DNA of 41,216 bases from assembly GCA_038087875.1 (NCBI GenBank), contig JAXLNO010000664.1, positions 62,001 to 103,216 on the forward strand, given 5' to 3'. Positions 21,705-34,076 of the stretch are shown here, piece by piece. A program made the translations under genes and the position numbers. Each line of letters opens with the position of its first letter. Position 1 is the first letter of the stretch. The stretch comes from Malacoraja senta. Its lineage: Eukaryota. The notes beneath the pieces were generated by a model, which worked only from the letters and a program-made list of their open reading frames with translations, did not search any database and was not told where the DNA came from.

Positions 21705-21830
21705 CCTTGTTCTGATGAAAGGACATCAGCCTGAAAGGTTAATTCAGTTTCTCTCTCTGCAGATGCTACCTTGCCTGTTTAATCATTTCTGTCTCTCTAT
21801 CTGTTATCAATTCAGATGCCGGGCATCTGC
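21705..21830 (+). mobile_element. Older Penelope-like repeat with a CTGATGA hammerhead-like core
   Basis: gttCTGATGAaaggacatcagcctGAAAggttaat...cagatgctacc. Confidence 0.55.
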
Positions 21831-22159
21831 TCCAGTTTGCTTTGGTCCTGCTGTATCCTTTGCTTCTGTCACAGGTTTCATCGCTGATGGATCGGTCAGT
21901 TAGCTGCAGTGTTCTTGTCTGTGTATCCCTGTCCTGCAGCAGGTGAGTATTCCATCATACAGAAGGACTGCAAGCAGAGTATGGACAGGCTTGAGCTGCT
22001 CACACAAACCAAACTGGCCCTCATCACACATGGGCAGAATTTTAATGCACAAAAAAATCAGCTGTGTTAGAAATTGGCAACTTTCCAACTGGTCTGGTTC
22101 CCGGTTAATAAACCAAGGCAGGACGCTGTTACCTACCATTAGTATAGGTTAATGAGACA

Positions 22160-22565
22160 AAAGAGGACACAAAGTGCCTGAGTTACTCAACAGGTCTGGC
22201 AGCATCTCTGGAGAACATCACAAAATTACGCAAGTTGCTGGAGAAACACAGGAGTGAGCCACCATTCCACCCCCCCCCCCAACCCCCCACCCCTCCCACT
22301 ACAATCAGTCTGAAGAATGGTCTCCTTAGACTTTAGGGGTGATGGAGGAGGCAAACGGTTGAGTTTCTCCAACATCTTGTGTCACGTTGTGATGTTCTCC
22401 AGAGTTACTACCTGACCTGCTGAGTTACTCCAGCACTTTGTGTCCTTTAGTTCCTCCCTACACAGCCATAATCAGTCTGAGGAAGGTTCCTAACCCAAAA
22501 TGTCACTGATCCTTCTTCTCCAGAGATGTTGCCTGACCCGCTAAATTACTCCAGCACCTGGTGTC
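22160..22565. mobile_element. Cluster of Penelope-like terminal repeats (one minus, two to three plus)
   Basis: aaagaggacacaaagtgc...ctctggagaacatcac pairs with gtgatgttctccagag...gcactttgtgtccttt. A further copy lies at 22472-22565. Confidence 0.72.
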
Positions 22566-22896
22566 TTACAGCATCTGCTCGTTTCTACATAATGAGACAA
22601 GAACCCTCTTGGTCGACCTGTTTTTTTTCTTCCTGGCCAGCAGTTTCCACAGCTTCAAAAAAACAATAGCACTGCAATATTCCACCTGAACCTGGCAAGA
22701 ATGCCAGCGCAGGGCAAAGGTATTAAAAATGCACGCCATTCTCCTGCACAGAAATGTACGCCAACCCTCCCCACTCACCAAAAGGCAGACCCATACTGTC
22801 AAGGACTGGTTCACTTGCATCAAACCAACACACACACAGATCAACACAGAAAAGCAACAGAAGAAAGTATATGTGCATTGAAAGTGTCATGTGCTT

Positions 22897-23493
22897 AAAC
22901 ATAGAAACATAGAAACATAGAAAATAGGTGCAGGAGTAGGCCATACGGCCCTTCGAGCCTGCACCGCCATTCAATATGATCATGGCTGATCATCCAACTC
23001 AGTATCCTGTACCTGCTTTCTCTCCATACCCCCTGATCCCTTTAGCCACAAGGGCCACATCTAACTCCCTCTTAAATATAGCCAATGAACTGGCCTCAAC
23101 TACATTCTGTGGCAGAGAATTCCAGAGATTCACCACTCTCTGTGTAAAAAATGTTTTTCTCATCTCAGTCCTAAAAGATTTCCCCTTTATCCTTAAACTG
23201 TGACCCCTTGTTCTGAACTTCCCCAACATCGGGAACAATCTTCCTGCATCTAGCCTGTCCAACCCCTTAAGAATTTTGTAAGTTTCTATAAGATCCCCCT
23301 TCAATCTTCTAAATTCTGGCGAGTACAAGCCGAGTCTATCCAGTCTTTCTTCATATGAAAGTCCTGACATCCCAGGAATCAGTCTGGTGAACCTTCTCTG
23401 TACTCCCTCTATGGCAAGAATGTCCTTCCTCAGATTAGGAGACCAAAATTGTACGCAATACTCCAGGTGTGGTCTCACCAAGACCCTGTACAA
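22897..23493 (-). mobile_element. Young CR1 3' fragment with uninterrupted ORF and (TTCTATGT)n tail
   Basis: ORF 22999-23493 [15 protein letters not shown]...GYGEKAGTGY, then three tail repeats. Confidence 0.95.
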
Positions 23494-23649
23494 CGCGAGT
23501 TTTAGGACAACTGAACAGTTTCCTGCAGGGGTAGATGAGATAAACCAAGTCTGCTTTTGTTAGCCAGTCAGGAGGTGATGTAGCTAGAGGGGTCTATGCT
23601 ACAATGCCTGAGATGTGGAACTGTAGCAAGAGGCAGACTGTACACACAG

Positions 23650-23945
23650 TGGCACAGGGATGGCACAGTGGCACTGCAGTGGGGCTGCTGTCTCACTGCG
23701 CTAGAGATCTGGGTTCGATCCTGACCTTGGGTGCTCAATTATGGAGTTTGCACTTTCTCCCCGTGACCGCATGGATTCCTCCGGGTGCCCCGGTTCTCTC
23801 CCATATCCCAAAATGTATGTGGGTTTGTTGACCTCTATAAATTTCTCCTAGCCGGTAGTGGGGTAACTAGTATTGCGATCAATGGGCGGTGCGGACTCAG
23901 TGGGCTTAAGGACCTGTTTCCATGCTGAATTTCTAAGCTAAAACT
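23650..23945 (+). mobile_element. Older V-SINE
   Basis: B-box gggttcgatcct and V core ggagtttgcactttctccccgtgaccgc. Confidence 0.8.
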
Positions 23946-24029
23946 CTCAGCCACCCCACTACTCAAAGGCAAGCCACACAAGGTTCAGAATGTAACCAAA
24001 GCCAATTAATCAGAGTTACATTGTCAAGG

Positions 24030-26705
24030 AAATTACATTTACAAGAATGATTCCAGGAATGAGTGGGTTAGCATATGATGACCGTTTGACAACACTGGGC
24101 CTGTACTCGCTGGAGATTAGAAGGTTGAGGGGGGAACTTACATAATAATGAAAGGCACAGATAAAGTGGATGTGGAAAGGATGTTTCTACTCGTGGGAGA
24201 GTCTAGGACCAGAGGTCATAGCCTCAGAATTAAAGGACGCTCTTTTAGAAAGGAGGTGAGGAGGAACTTCTTTAGTCAGAAGGTAGTTAATCTGTGGAAC
24301 TCATTGACACAGAGGGCTGTGGAGACCAAGCCAGTGGATATTTTTAAGGCAGAGTCAAGTCAAGTCACATTTATTTATATAGCACATTTAAAAACAACTC
24401 TCGTTGACCAAAGTGCTTTACATTTGTTATAAGAATAGCACAAACAAAACAAACTACATACATATATACATGTAGCCCTCACTCAGAGGACATCAGGAAA
24501 GGCTTGGGAGTATAGATAAGTCTTTAGTCTTGACTTAAAAGAGTCGATGGAGGGGGCAGTTCTGATGGGAAAGGGGATGCTGTTCCACAGTCTAGGGGCT
24601 GCAACCGCAAAGGCGCGGTCGCCCCTGAGCTTATGCCTAGACCGTGGGATATTCAGCAACCCCGTCGGCCGATCTGAGGGGCCTGGAGGTGGAGTGGTGG
24701 GTGAGAAGACTTTTTATGTAGGTGGGGGCAAGCCCATTGAGGGCTTTGTAGACATGGAGGAGAATCTTGAAGTTTATACGGAACCGCACAGGGAGCCAGT
24801 GGAGAGAGGCCAGGATCGGGGTGATGTGGCCCCTTTTTCAGGTGCCCGTCAGGAGTCTCGCTGTGGCGTTTTGGACCAGTTGCAGGCGGGACAGGGAAGA
24901 TTGGCTGATGCCAGTGTAAAGGTACTTGCAGTAATCTAGGAGGGAGGAGATGAATGTGTGGATGATCTTCTCGAGGTCATCAAACTGGAGGAATTGTTTT
25001 ATTTTAGCTATCGACCGAAGCTGAAAGAAGCTAGCTTTTACCACGGCATTGACTTGTTTGTCAAGTTTCAGTGCTGAGTCAAATATCACGCCAAGGTTTT
25101 TGACATGAGGTTTGAGTAGTGGGGTAAGGCTTCCAAGGCTGCCTGCTATCATTTTGATTAAGTCCGAGGGGCCGGGAAGGATGACCTCAGACTTACTCTC
25201 GTTTAATTGGAGGAAGTTCTGGGCCATCCAACACTTTATATCCTCGAGGCAATGGGTAAGGTTAAACAGATTTGATTGGTTTTTGGGCTTCAGGGGGAGA
25301 TAGAGTTGTGTATCGTCTGCGTAGCAATGGAAGGAAATGCCGTGCCTTTCAATGACTTGGCCTAAGGGGAGCATATACAGGGAGAAGAGAATGGGGCCAA
25401 GGATGGAACCTTGTGGAACCCCACAGCAGGGATTAGCTGGGGAGGAGAAAGAGTTGCCTATGTTAGTCGAGAAACTCCTACCTTTGAGTTAGGAGATGAA
25501 CCAGCTCAGGGCAGTGCCATCAATACCAACCCCGTACCGGAGACGGTCAATTAGGATGGTGTGGTCGACAGTATCAAATGCTGCGCTGAGGTCAAGAAGG
25601 AGCAGAATTGCACAGTCGCCGGAATCAACGGTGAGCAGTAAGTCATTGTGTACCTTCAACAAGGCAGACTCTGTGCTGTGGTGGTCCCTGAAACCTGATT
25701 GGAATGTTTCCAAGATAGTGTTTTGGTGAAGGTAAGGTATAAGTTGACTTAAAATTACCTTTTCAAGGACTTTTGAGAGGAAAGGCAGTTTAGAAATGGG
25801 TCTGTAGTTGCTTGGCAAGGTGGGGTCGAGGTTAGGTTTTTTCAGGAGTGGTTGGACCACCGCATGCTTGAAGCAGGTAGGTACAGTGCCAGTGGCCAGA
25901 GAGCTGTTGAAGATGGCGAGGATGCTGGGACCAGCTGTTGTAATGACGTCCTTTAGGAGGGAAGAGGGGACAGTGTCGAGGGGGCAGGCAGTAGGTTTCA
26001 TGGTGGTGATCAGTTTTACAAGGGAGGGTAGAGTAACGGGTTGGAAACAGTCTAATTTTGAAGAGCAGACCAATGAGACAGCCAGGTCACGGGTGGGAGG
26101 GGAAATATTTGTTCTTATGTTCTTTACCTTGCTGGTGAAAAATGTGGTAAATTCCTTGCACTTAGCAGGGGACCCAGTTAGGCTGGTGCTGGTGGCAGGA
26201 CAGATGATGGAGGTGATGGTGCTAAAAAGGACCTTGGAATTTTGCGCATTTTTGGAGATAAGGGTGGAAAAATATTTAGTTCTTGCAGATTTTACTGCTT
26301 CCTGGTATTTATGAAGATTATTTTTCAGGATTTCAAAGGAAATTTGAAACTTATCAGATTTGTACTTCCGTTCTGATTTTCTGCATTCTCTTCTTAGGGC
26401 TCTGGTGGTATCATTGAGCCACGGCTCGCCTTTAGGCTTAGGCTTTTTCATTTTAAGAGGAGCAACAGAATCCAGGACGGAAGAGCAGGTATTATTGAAT
26501 AAAGAAATTAGGTCGTCGGTACTGAGAAAGGGGGTGGACGCCTCAATAGTGCAGATAGACAAATTCTTGATTAGAATGAGTGTCAAGGTTATGGAGAGAA
26601 GGCAGGAAACTGGGATTAGGAGGCAGATATCAGCCATGATTGAGTGGCGAAGGAGACTCGATGAGCCGAATGGCCTAATTCTACTATAACTTGTGAACTT
26701 GTGAA
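24030..26705 (+). mobile_element. CR1 3' fragment (24030-24353 and 26551-26705) split by L2
   Basis: GESRTRGHSLRIKG...WNSL...DIFKAE resumes as gcagatagacaaattcttgattag after the L2. Confidence 0.85.
24354..26550 (-). mobile_element. 5'-truncated L2-clade LINE with near-intact reverse transcriptase domain
   Basis: NYRPISKLPFLSKVLEK, FQSGFR..HSTESAL, LLDLSAAFDTVDH, GVPQGSILGP and YADDTQLY. In-frame stops at 25489-25491 and 24838-24840. (ACTTG)n tail and candidate TSD GCAGA. Confidence 0.95.
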
Positions 26706-27012
26706 TGTATGTTATTTACACAGGTCATGAATCATAGACCACAATAGTTCATTCTTGGTCTTAGAAATCTAAAAGTTTATTATTTTAAAAAAGGGATTCC
26801 AGAATTTGCCTCCAAATTGCTGCAGTTTGTGGAATATTATCAACTTTTTGTTTAACAATTCTGGGAATAAAATATTTCCGAATGTTCATTTAATCGGAGA
26901 GAAATCTGGTATTCAATTACATACTCTGGATGGCTCTTCATGAATGCTATGAACTGGACAAATTTTACTGCCAATATTTTTAGCGCAGGTCAATTATTTT
27001 AGGTATTTGTAG

Positions 27013-27308
27013 AGTTTAGTTTAGTTTAGCAATACAGCATGGAAACAGGCCCTTTGGTCCACCTAGTCCATGCCGACCAACAATCACCCACACACTTGTT
27101 CTATCCTGCACACTAGGGACAATGTGATAGATGACAATTAGCCTATAAACCTGCAGGTCTTTTGAATGTGGGAGAAAACCGGAGCACCTGAAGAAAACCC
27201 TAGAGGTCACAGGGAGCACTTACTAACTCCATACAGACAGCACCCGTAGTCCGGATCGAAATCGGATCTCTGGCACTGTAAGGCAGCAACTCTACCGCTG
27301 TGCCACCC
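27013..27308 (-). mobile_element. HE1-like V-SINE
   Basis: Head, V core and (ctaaa)n tail on the minus strand. Confidence 0.87.
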
Positions 27309-27792
27309 TCCATCATTAGTAGATAACATTTCGTGGATTTTCTTACAAGGCAATAACCCAATTTTTTGGTGAGCTGAGACCAGCTATAACTTACTCTGAC
27401 TTAGCTGGTCTATATAATCAATAGTCGATCGGTTATAAACCATGCATGTCCAGTTAATATTACTAATTAAGTATGTGAAAATGGCAACCAGACATATTTT
27501 GGGGATATATTTTAATAAGAGTTACAGATAAAACTGCAGCTGTGCTTATCTGGCTGAACTCATTGTGCACTTGACGAAAGTAATTTTGCAAGTCAAGTGG
27601 AAGAGGTATCAGGAAAAATCAGGAAAGAAGTTTCAGTATGGACTGGTGGGCAAAAAACCGCATCCATGCCTTATATTTCTAAGATTCTGTGAATTTTAAG
27701 GGAGGACTATGAATAGCTGACCTATAAATCAAGGTTGGAGGTGGAATAATGGTTTTGGATGCAAACACAACAACATCCTTTGTTGTGTTTGC

Positions 27793-28045
27793 TGGGCCTG
27801 TACTCGCCGGAGTTTAGAAGGATGAAGGGGTACCTCATTGAAACTTACGGAATAGTGAAAGGCCTGGATTGAGTGGATATTAGAGGATGTTTCCACTAGT
27901 GGGCAAGTCTCGGACCAGAGGCTTGTCAGTGGTTGTGGGGTGAAGGCAGGAAAATGGGGTGAGAGGGAAAGATAGATCAGCCATCATTGAATGGCGGAGT
28001 AGACTTGATGGACCAAATTTTCCTAAAATTATGAACTTATGAACG
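27793..28045 (+). mobile_element. CR1 3' fragments with internal deletion
   Basis: ctgggcctgtactcgccggagtttagaagg (LGLYSPEFRR) and tail ttatgaacttatgaac. Confidence 0.8.
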
Positions 28046-28517
28046 TTACAGATATCCTCTAAGAGCCCTCTCTTCCCCTCCCCTTTCTCCCCACACTTTC
28101 CTTTATTTCTGCCCATCTCCCCTGCACCCTTATCTATATATCTATATAATTTAAAGTCTCATCTTGACCACTTTCTGTCTGCGCTGTATATTGATTTTAG
28201 AAAAAACGCTACCCTGTATCGCTGTGATTTTTGGCCATCTTACTCACAGTCCTCCTCCACTGAGCCAGCCCCAAGAATTTTTCCCATTGATGAAAAATAA
28301 AAAAGTTATGAGTGTTTAAAAAACCCTTCAGATCAGCTGATTGGTCATCTTGCCTGTCAATCACCGCGATGAAGGTAACGTCCCTTCCGAGGGGGTGGGG
28401 CAGGACTATAAAACCCCAGATGCCTGGGCGTGAGTCAGTCACTCTGCAAGATCGCGAGGAAGAGGCCACAACTGTCATTCTAAGCTGTGGATCAACTGAA
28501 CTGTGAGTCTGCAATGT

Positions 28518-28578
28518 TAAAGCGACTTTGAGTCCTGAAAAGCGCTATATAAATAAAATCTATTATTATTATTATTAC
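28518..28578 (+). mobile_element. L2-type LINE/SINE extreme 3' tail inside the Helitron
   Basis: taaagcgactttgagtcctgaaaagcgctatataaataaaatc(tat)n, similar in layout to the L2 tail at 24354-24420 (minus). Confidence 0.7.
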
Positions 28579-28742
28579 TTGCAATAAATGAGTTGTTAAC
28601 CCTTAATGACAATGCCATGAGTTGTTTGGCCTGCTGCGCTGCCTGTGCTTGAAAGTGCAATGCTTAATTGGAAATGAAATCAGATGAAATGACAATGCCA
28701 TGAGTTGTTTGGCCTGCTGCCCTGCCTGTGCTTGAAACTGCA

Positions 28743-28916
28743 ATGCTTTATTAGGTCTGACTGTGTTTGGAAGGAATAAATGTTTTATTAGGTCCGACTG
28801 TGTTTGGAAGAAATAAATATTTTATTAGTTCCGACTGTGTTTCGAAGGAATAAATGCTTTATTAGGTCCGACTGTGTTTGGAAGGAATAAATGCCTTATT
28901 AGGTCCGACTGTGTTT
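28743..28916 (+). repeat. 37-bp minisatellite, ~4.7 copies, preceded by a ~60-bp duplicated unit (28607-28668, 28690-28750)
   Basis: Tandem TTATTAGGTCCGACTGTGTTTGGAAGGAATAAATG(Y)T units. Confidence 0.93.
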
Positions 28917-29099
28917 AGTCCAAAAGTCCCGCTCATTTCGTGACTTCCGCTTAGTGGACAGGTCGCGCTGATTGTGTAATTTCCGGTGAGTGCAGAGGTC
29001 GAGCTGATTGCGGAAGTGCCGCTGACTGCGGATGCCCCACAGTGGAGAGGCCGCGCTCAGCCGTGTGAGTAGATTCAAGAAAGTTTACTGTCATATATG

Positions 29100-29920
29100 T
29101 GGTGTGTGAGTCAGTGTGTGTGTGTGTTGTGTGTGTGTGTTGTGTGTGTGTGTGTGTATGTGTGTATGTGTGTGTGTATGTGTGAGTATATATGTGAGTG
29201 TATGTGTGTGAGTGTATGTGAGTGTATGTGTGAGTGTATGTGTGAGAGTGTGTGAGTGTGTGTGTGTGTGAGTGTGTGAGTCTGTGTATGCGTGTGTGTG
29301 TGTGTGTGTGTGTGAGTGTGTGTGTGTGTGTGTGAGTGTGTGTGTGTGTGAGTGTGTGTGTGTGTGTGTGTGAGTGAGTGAGTGTGTGTGTGAGCGAGTG
29401 AGTGTGTGTGTGTAAGTGTGAGTGTGAGTGTGAGTGTATGTGTGTGTGAGTGAATGTTTGTGTGTGTGTGTATGTGTGTGTGTGTGTGTGTGTGAGTGTA
29501 TGTGTGAGTGTGTGAGTGTATGTGTGAGTGTATGTGTGTGTGTGCGTGTATGTGTGTGTGAGTGTATGTGTGAGTGTATGTGTGTGTGTGAGTGTGTATG
29601 TGTATGTGTGAGTGTGTGTATGTGTATGTGTGAGTGTATGTGTGAGAGTGTGTGAGTGAGTGAATGTGTGAGTCTGTGTATGAGTGTGTGTGTGTGAGTG
29701 AGTGTAAGTGTGTGTTTGAGTGAATGTGTGTGTGAGTGTATGTGTGTGTGTGTGAGGTGGAGGGTGTGTGTATGTGTGTGTGTGTGTGTGTGAGTGTGTG
29801 TGTGTGTGTGTGAGTGTGAGTGTGAGTGTGAGTGTGAGTGTGAGTGTGTGAGTGTGTGAGTGTGTGAGTGTGTGAGTGTGTGAGTGTGTGAGTGTGTGAG
29901 TGTGTGAGTGTGTGAGTGTG
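29100..29920 (+). repeat. Complex (TG)n/(TGAG)/(TATG) microsatellite, ~820 bp
   Basis: Directly visible; explains the spurious His/Thr-rich ORFs. Confidence 0.98.
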
Positions 29921-30019
29921 TATATTGGAATTGGTGGAGAGGTGGAATATTGTGTTGGGGGACCAGCCCTCCCGTGTGAAGCTGGGACCCAACGGGTCCC
30001 ACTTAGTCTAGTATATATA

Positions 30020-30465
30020 TATTTCCCCTTCCCCTCGAGTACCACTTACATTCTTTCCTCTGGCTTCACAAATTGCAACTCTTCACACTTTTTGTCTCAC
30101 ACCTCTTTATTCATCTCTGGCCTTCATTCAACCATCTGGCTATCGAAATCCTTCCTCACCTGTGTTCACCTATTACCTGCCATGCTTTGTCCTGGCCCTC
30201 CTCTTTTCTAGCTTCACCTTCTCCCCACTGACACCACACAATCAGTCTGAAAAAGGGCACTGATTCGAAATCATCACCTATCCATGTTCTCCAGAGATGC
30301 TGCCTGACCCGTTGAGTTACGGCAGCACTTTATGGCACAAGGAACTGCAGATGCTGGAACCTTGAACAAAACACAGAATGCTGGAGGAACTCGGCAGGTC
30401 AGGCAACATCTGTGGAGGGCTTGGACAGCTGACATTCTAAGTCGGGACTCTTCTTCAGACTGATC
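30020..30465. mobile_element. Penelope-like 3' region (plus 30020-30330) and inverted terminal repeat (minus 30337-30465)
   Basis: caatcagtctgaaaaaggg...cgaaatcatcacctatcc and ...gggactcttcttcagactga. Confidence 0.7.
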
Positions 30466-31248
30466 CTTTACATTAACATGAGTATTTTGATCATTTGCAA
30501 AATGTTTACTGAGAGTATAAGGCTTTTGATTTCCACAAAATAAATTAAAACGCCTTCTTCAACCGAGGTGCCTGCTAATTCAGTATTGTTACTCAGAGCT
30601 TGTTAATTTATTTCAGCGTGATAGAAATTATAATTTGTTTTATTTTAGTTCATGACATTGTCTTTCATCTCTAAGCATGAAGTAAAAATCTTGATTTTCC
30701 AACACAGGAATTTAATGAAATCTTAATTTCCACATCTTATTGTTTATTAGCTTTAACTTATGTAATGCATTTAGAAAATAACAGCACATTGTAATGTTTC
30801 ATGTGGAGTATTACTGCAGAGAAAATGCTTATTTTCTAAAGAGTACCCTTGTGTGACATTGAACCTGGCTATGCTCAGCAGACCCCTATCAACATCAGTC
30901 GCAGTTAGCTATAATTATTGCAATCACACCAGTCTCACTTCTGCAGTGCATTGTGCGAGAGAGGCTTCTCTGTACAACATGGCAATGTCATTCAGAAATC
31001 AAAGGGAGGATCTGATGAAATGGTATCATCTTGATGTGTCCATAAGTTCATAAGATCAAGAGGGGGCACAGTGGCGCAGCGGTAGAGTTGCTGCCTTACA
31101 TCACCAGACCCTGTTTGGTTCTGGTTTTCGTTTATATCTTTTCCTTTGGAATATTAATTAAAGCACATTATCCTTCAGTTACTCTTCAATCTTGGATTAA
31201 CAACCCAGAGAACCGAGTTCAAAATCCCATTTTAGCAGGAGTTCAAAA

Positions 31249-31545
31249 AGGGCGGCACAACGGTAGAGTTGCTGCTTTTCAGTGCCAGACCCGGTTCGAT
31301 CCTGACTACGGGAGCTGTCTGTACGGAGTTTGTTCTTCCTCCCTATGACCGCGTGGGTTTTCCACGGGTGCTCCATTTTCCACCCACGTTCCAAAGATGT
31401 GAGGATTTGCAGGTTAATTAGCTTTTGTAAATTATCCCTCGTGTGTTTATATAGAACTAGTGTATGGGGGAATGTTGGTCGGCGTGGACTCGGTGGGCCG
31501 AACGGCCTGTTTCCATACTGTATCTCTTGAATTAAAACAAACTAA
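31249..31545 (+). mobile_element. HE1-like V-SINE (an extra isolated head lies at 31061-31110)
   Basis: ccggttcgatcctgactacggg B-box, V core and tail. Confidence 0.85.
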
Positions 31546-32209
31546 AGCAATTACAGCAAAGTAGAAGCCCATTCTGTCCCTTACATCCATATAGCCCTAA
31601 AATAGATTTTGTTAATTTTGGAAGACATTTTATTTCTCTTCTCTCTGCACTGGGATACCACTGCCCATCTCCATAATTTCAGGATATTATTTCATTCTAC
31701 ACCAATTTCGCTCATGGCTATAATTTTCTAACCCTTGCAATAAAAGTCAAGGGTGTTTCAGTGTCGTATGCATCGGCAATGGAACAAGTCTGCAGAAGGG
31801 TCTTGACCCGAAGTGTCACCCACCCATGCTCACCATGATGTGCACTTTCAATACCAGTTGCTTTTTGTAATCCAACTTTTGCACTTCCTTGTATCTACAA
31901 TGAAATTCTTACTTGCTGCTGCTTTACAGACACATTAACACAATAACACAACAAATAATTACACAATAATTAAATAGTAATACAAAAAAAATATTGGTTT
32001 ACATTGTGAGACAGAAACTGCTAATTTATTTTATTATTGTTGAAAATTGTTCATTATAATTTATTGTATTATTGTTTATAATAGTGCTAGCCAAAGTACA
32101 TGGTGCGACCTTATATAAAGTACATTGGTAGTTCGCTGCTGAGGTAGGGTTGTGCAGTTTGGTTTATTAACCATTTTTCTCTCTCCATTAATGCTGCTTG
32201 ACCTTTTGA

Positions 32210-32495
32210 TTAGTTTAGAGATACAACATGGATACAGCCTTCGACCTACTGAGTCCATGCCGACCATCGATCACCCGTACATTACTTCTATGTCCTGCAC
32301 ACTAGCGGGAATTTTACCGAAGCCAATTAACCTACATTCCTGCATGTCTTTGGGATGTGGGAGTAGACCGGAACACCCAGAGAAAACCCACGTGGTCACT
32401 GGGAGAACGTACAAACTCCGCACACCTGAGGCCAGGATCGAACCCGGGTCTCTGGTGCTGTGAGGCAGCAATTCTACCAGCTGCACCACTCTACT
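32210..32495 (-). mobile_element. HE1-like V-SINE
   Basis: gggttcgatcct B-box and V core on the minus strand. Confidence 0.85.
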
Positions 32496-33468
32496 GTCCA
32501 CAGTTTGCGAACTGCTGCATGTTCTATTTTTAATGTGATTGTGAGACTCTTGAACCCTCCACTTGCTTGTGTTGCAATAATTAGCAGGTTTTATTGTTTG
32601 TATTCGGTGCCCCAAGGCTGCTGGATGCCCCAGGAAACAGATCAGGCACCAGACTCCCCTGTCAATGCAGACCCAGCCTGCAGGTTGGAGATAAGGAGAA
32701 GCACGGACCACGTTTGCTAATGGAGACAAGTTTGCGGGAAGGAAACATCTTGGTGCCTGCCTGCTCACTCAGGCAGCACTTCATCTTTATTTCATTCAGG
32801 ACGGTCACACCATTCATTCTGAATGGGTCTTTATCGCAAACCCCTGCCCAGCTGTCAACCACTGGGGAAAAAGCAATCAACGCTATCAAGCTTTTTCAGA
32901 AGCCCCTCACACAATCGGTGGTGGCAGGTGATGTGGCGTCAGCACTCACCACCTCTCGATCTCTAGCCATGATCAACGGGTCCCATCTCCAAGGTCAATT
33001 TGTCACTTCCTCTGTTCCCCACCACTGTGACCTCATTATAACACGGGCCAGCTCCATTCTGGTGAATACAGACTGATCACGTTAGAATCAATATGAAAAG
33101 TCTTTGGACAAATAAAATTGATGCTTAATGCAGTTAACGCATTTATCCAACAAACAAGTTTAAAAAAATTGAGAGACAGCGAGTGATGCATTTGAAAAAC
33201 TATGTGTTATACATTGCATTTGGCAGTGATTTAAAACCCCCATTCATTGTTATCAGCACGACATCCTCTTCATGTAATTCTATTATTTTCAAGCCTTCGG
33301 CTGGACGATAGATGCAGAATCAATATGTTTCTTATTTGTTCGTTTTGTCCTTATTAAGTTTGTTCGTGTCATCCTCACCTGTATATTTGTTTGTTAACAA
33401 GTTGTGCCGGTAATGTAAATATCCAAGGTCACAGTGCCACATGCAGATCACAGCAACCTCCACTTCCC

Positions 33469-33790
33469 AGGGGCGGCACGGTGGCGCAGCGGTAGAGTTG
33501 CTGCCTTATTGCGCCAGAGATCCGTACTCGATCCTGACTGCGGGTGCTGTCTGTACGGAGTTTCTACGAGCTCCCTGTGACCACGTAGGTTTTTTCCGGG
33601 TGCTCCATTTTTCTCCGGGTGCCCCAGTTTTCTCCCACACTCCAAAGACTTACAGGTTTGTAGGTTAATTGGCTTCGGTACAATTGTAAATTGTCCCTAG
33701 TGTGTAGGATGGTGTTAGTGCTCGCTGGTCGGCACAAACTCGATGGGCTGAAGAGCCTGTTTCTGCACTGTATCTCCAATGTATACAGTC
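33469..33790 (+). mobile_element. HE1-like V-SINE with a ~19-bp internal duplication
   Basis: ggggcggcacggtggcgcagcggtagag head; tccgggtgc occurs twice in the V core. Confidence 0.87.
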
Positions 33791-34076
33791 TAAAGTCATC
33801 AACCATGTAATGTGTCAAGTGAAGACTGAGCCATTCCTCACCTATGAGCAGCTTTCAGGTCCCGTTAGTTATGCTCACCATTGCACTTTCTTCTTTCTAC
33901 TCTTTATAAATGTATTTACTTGCACAAACATGACGTGAAAATTACATCAGACAGGTGGGTCATAAAAACAGACACACACAATGTAGCTGCTGTGACTGGT
34001 GGATTGGGCAATGCTGTGCTAAGTTCATAAGTCATAGGAGCAGAATTAGGCCATTCAGACCATTGAGTCTACTCCA

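Larger units (their letters stand above)
28133..30011 (+). mobile_element. Complete non-autonomous Helitron (~1.88 kb)
   Basis: 5' A|TCTATATA start (28133 or 28141). 3' hairpin TGGGACCC-aac-GGGTCCCA (29983-30001), then CTAG|T (30008-30011). No TSD; internal mini- and microsatellites. Confidence 0.85.

Noticed and set aside
26551..26637. N-terminus of the 382-aa ORF as part of L2
   Set aside because: These codons come from the antisense of the flanking CR1 tail; the L2 is 5'-truncated at about 26550.
25808..26689. Plus-strand ORFs of 168 and 109 aa
   Set aside because: Antisense shadows of the L2 ORF2.
28743..28916. 37-bp repeats as a CRISPR array
   Set aside because: Units are directly adjacent with no unique spacers, there are no cas genes and the context is vertebrate.
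28951..30045. Long His/Thr-rich ORFs (364, 303, 293 aa)
   Set aside because: Translations of the TG microsatellite, which lacks stop codons.
32594..33076. 160-aa ORF in unique sequence
   Set aside because: Non-ATG start, no recognisable motif and no convincing splice boundaries.
33469..33545. tRNA gene (A/B box-like sequence, also in the other SINE heads)
   Set aside because: These are tRNA-derived SINE heads that run into the V domain and LINE tail, with no full cloverleaf.
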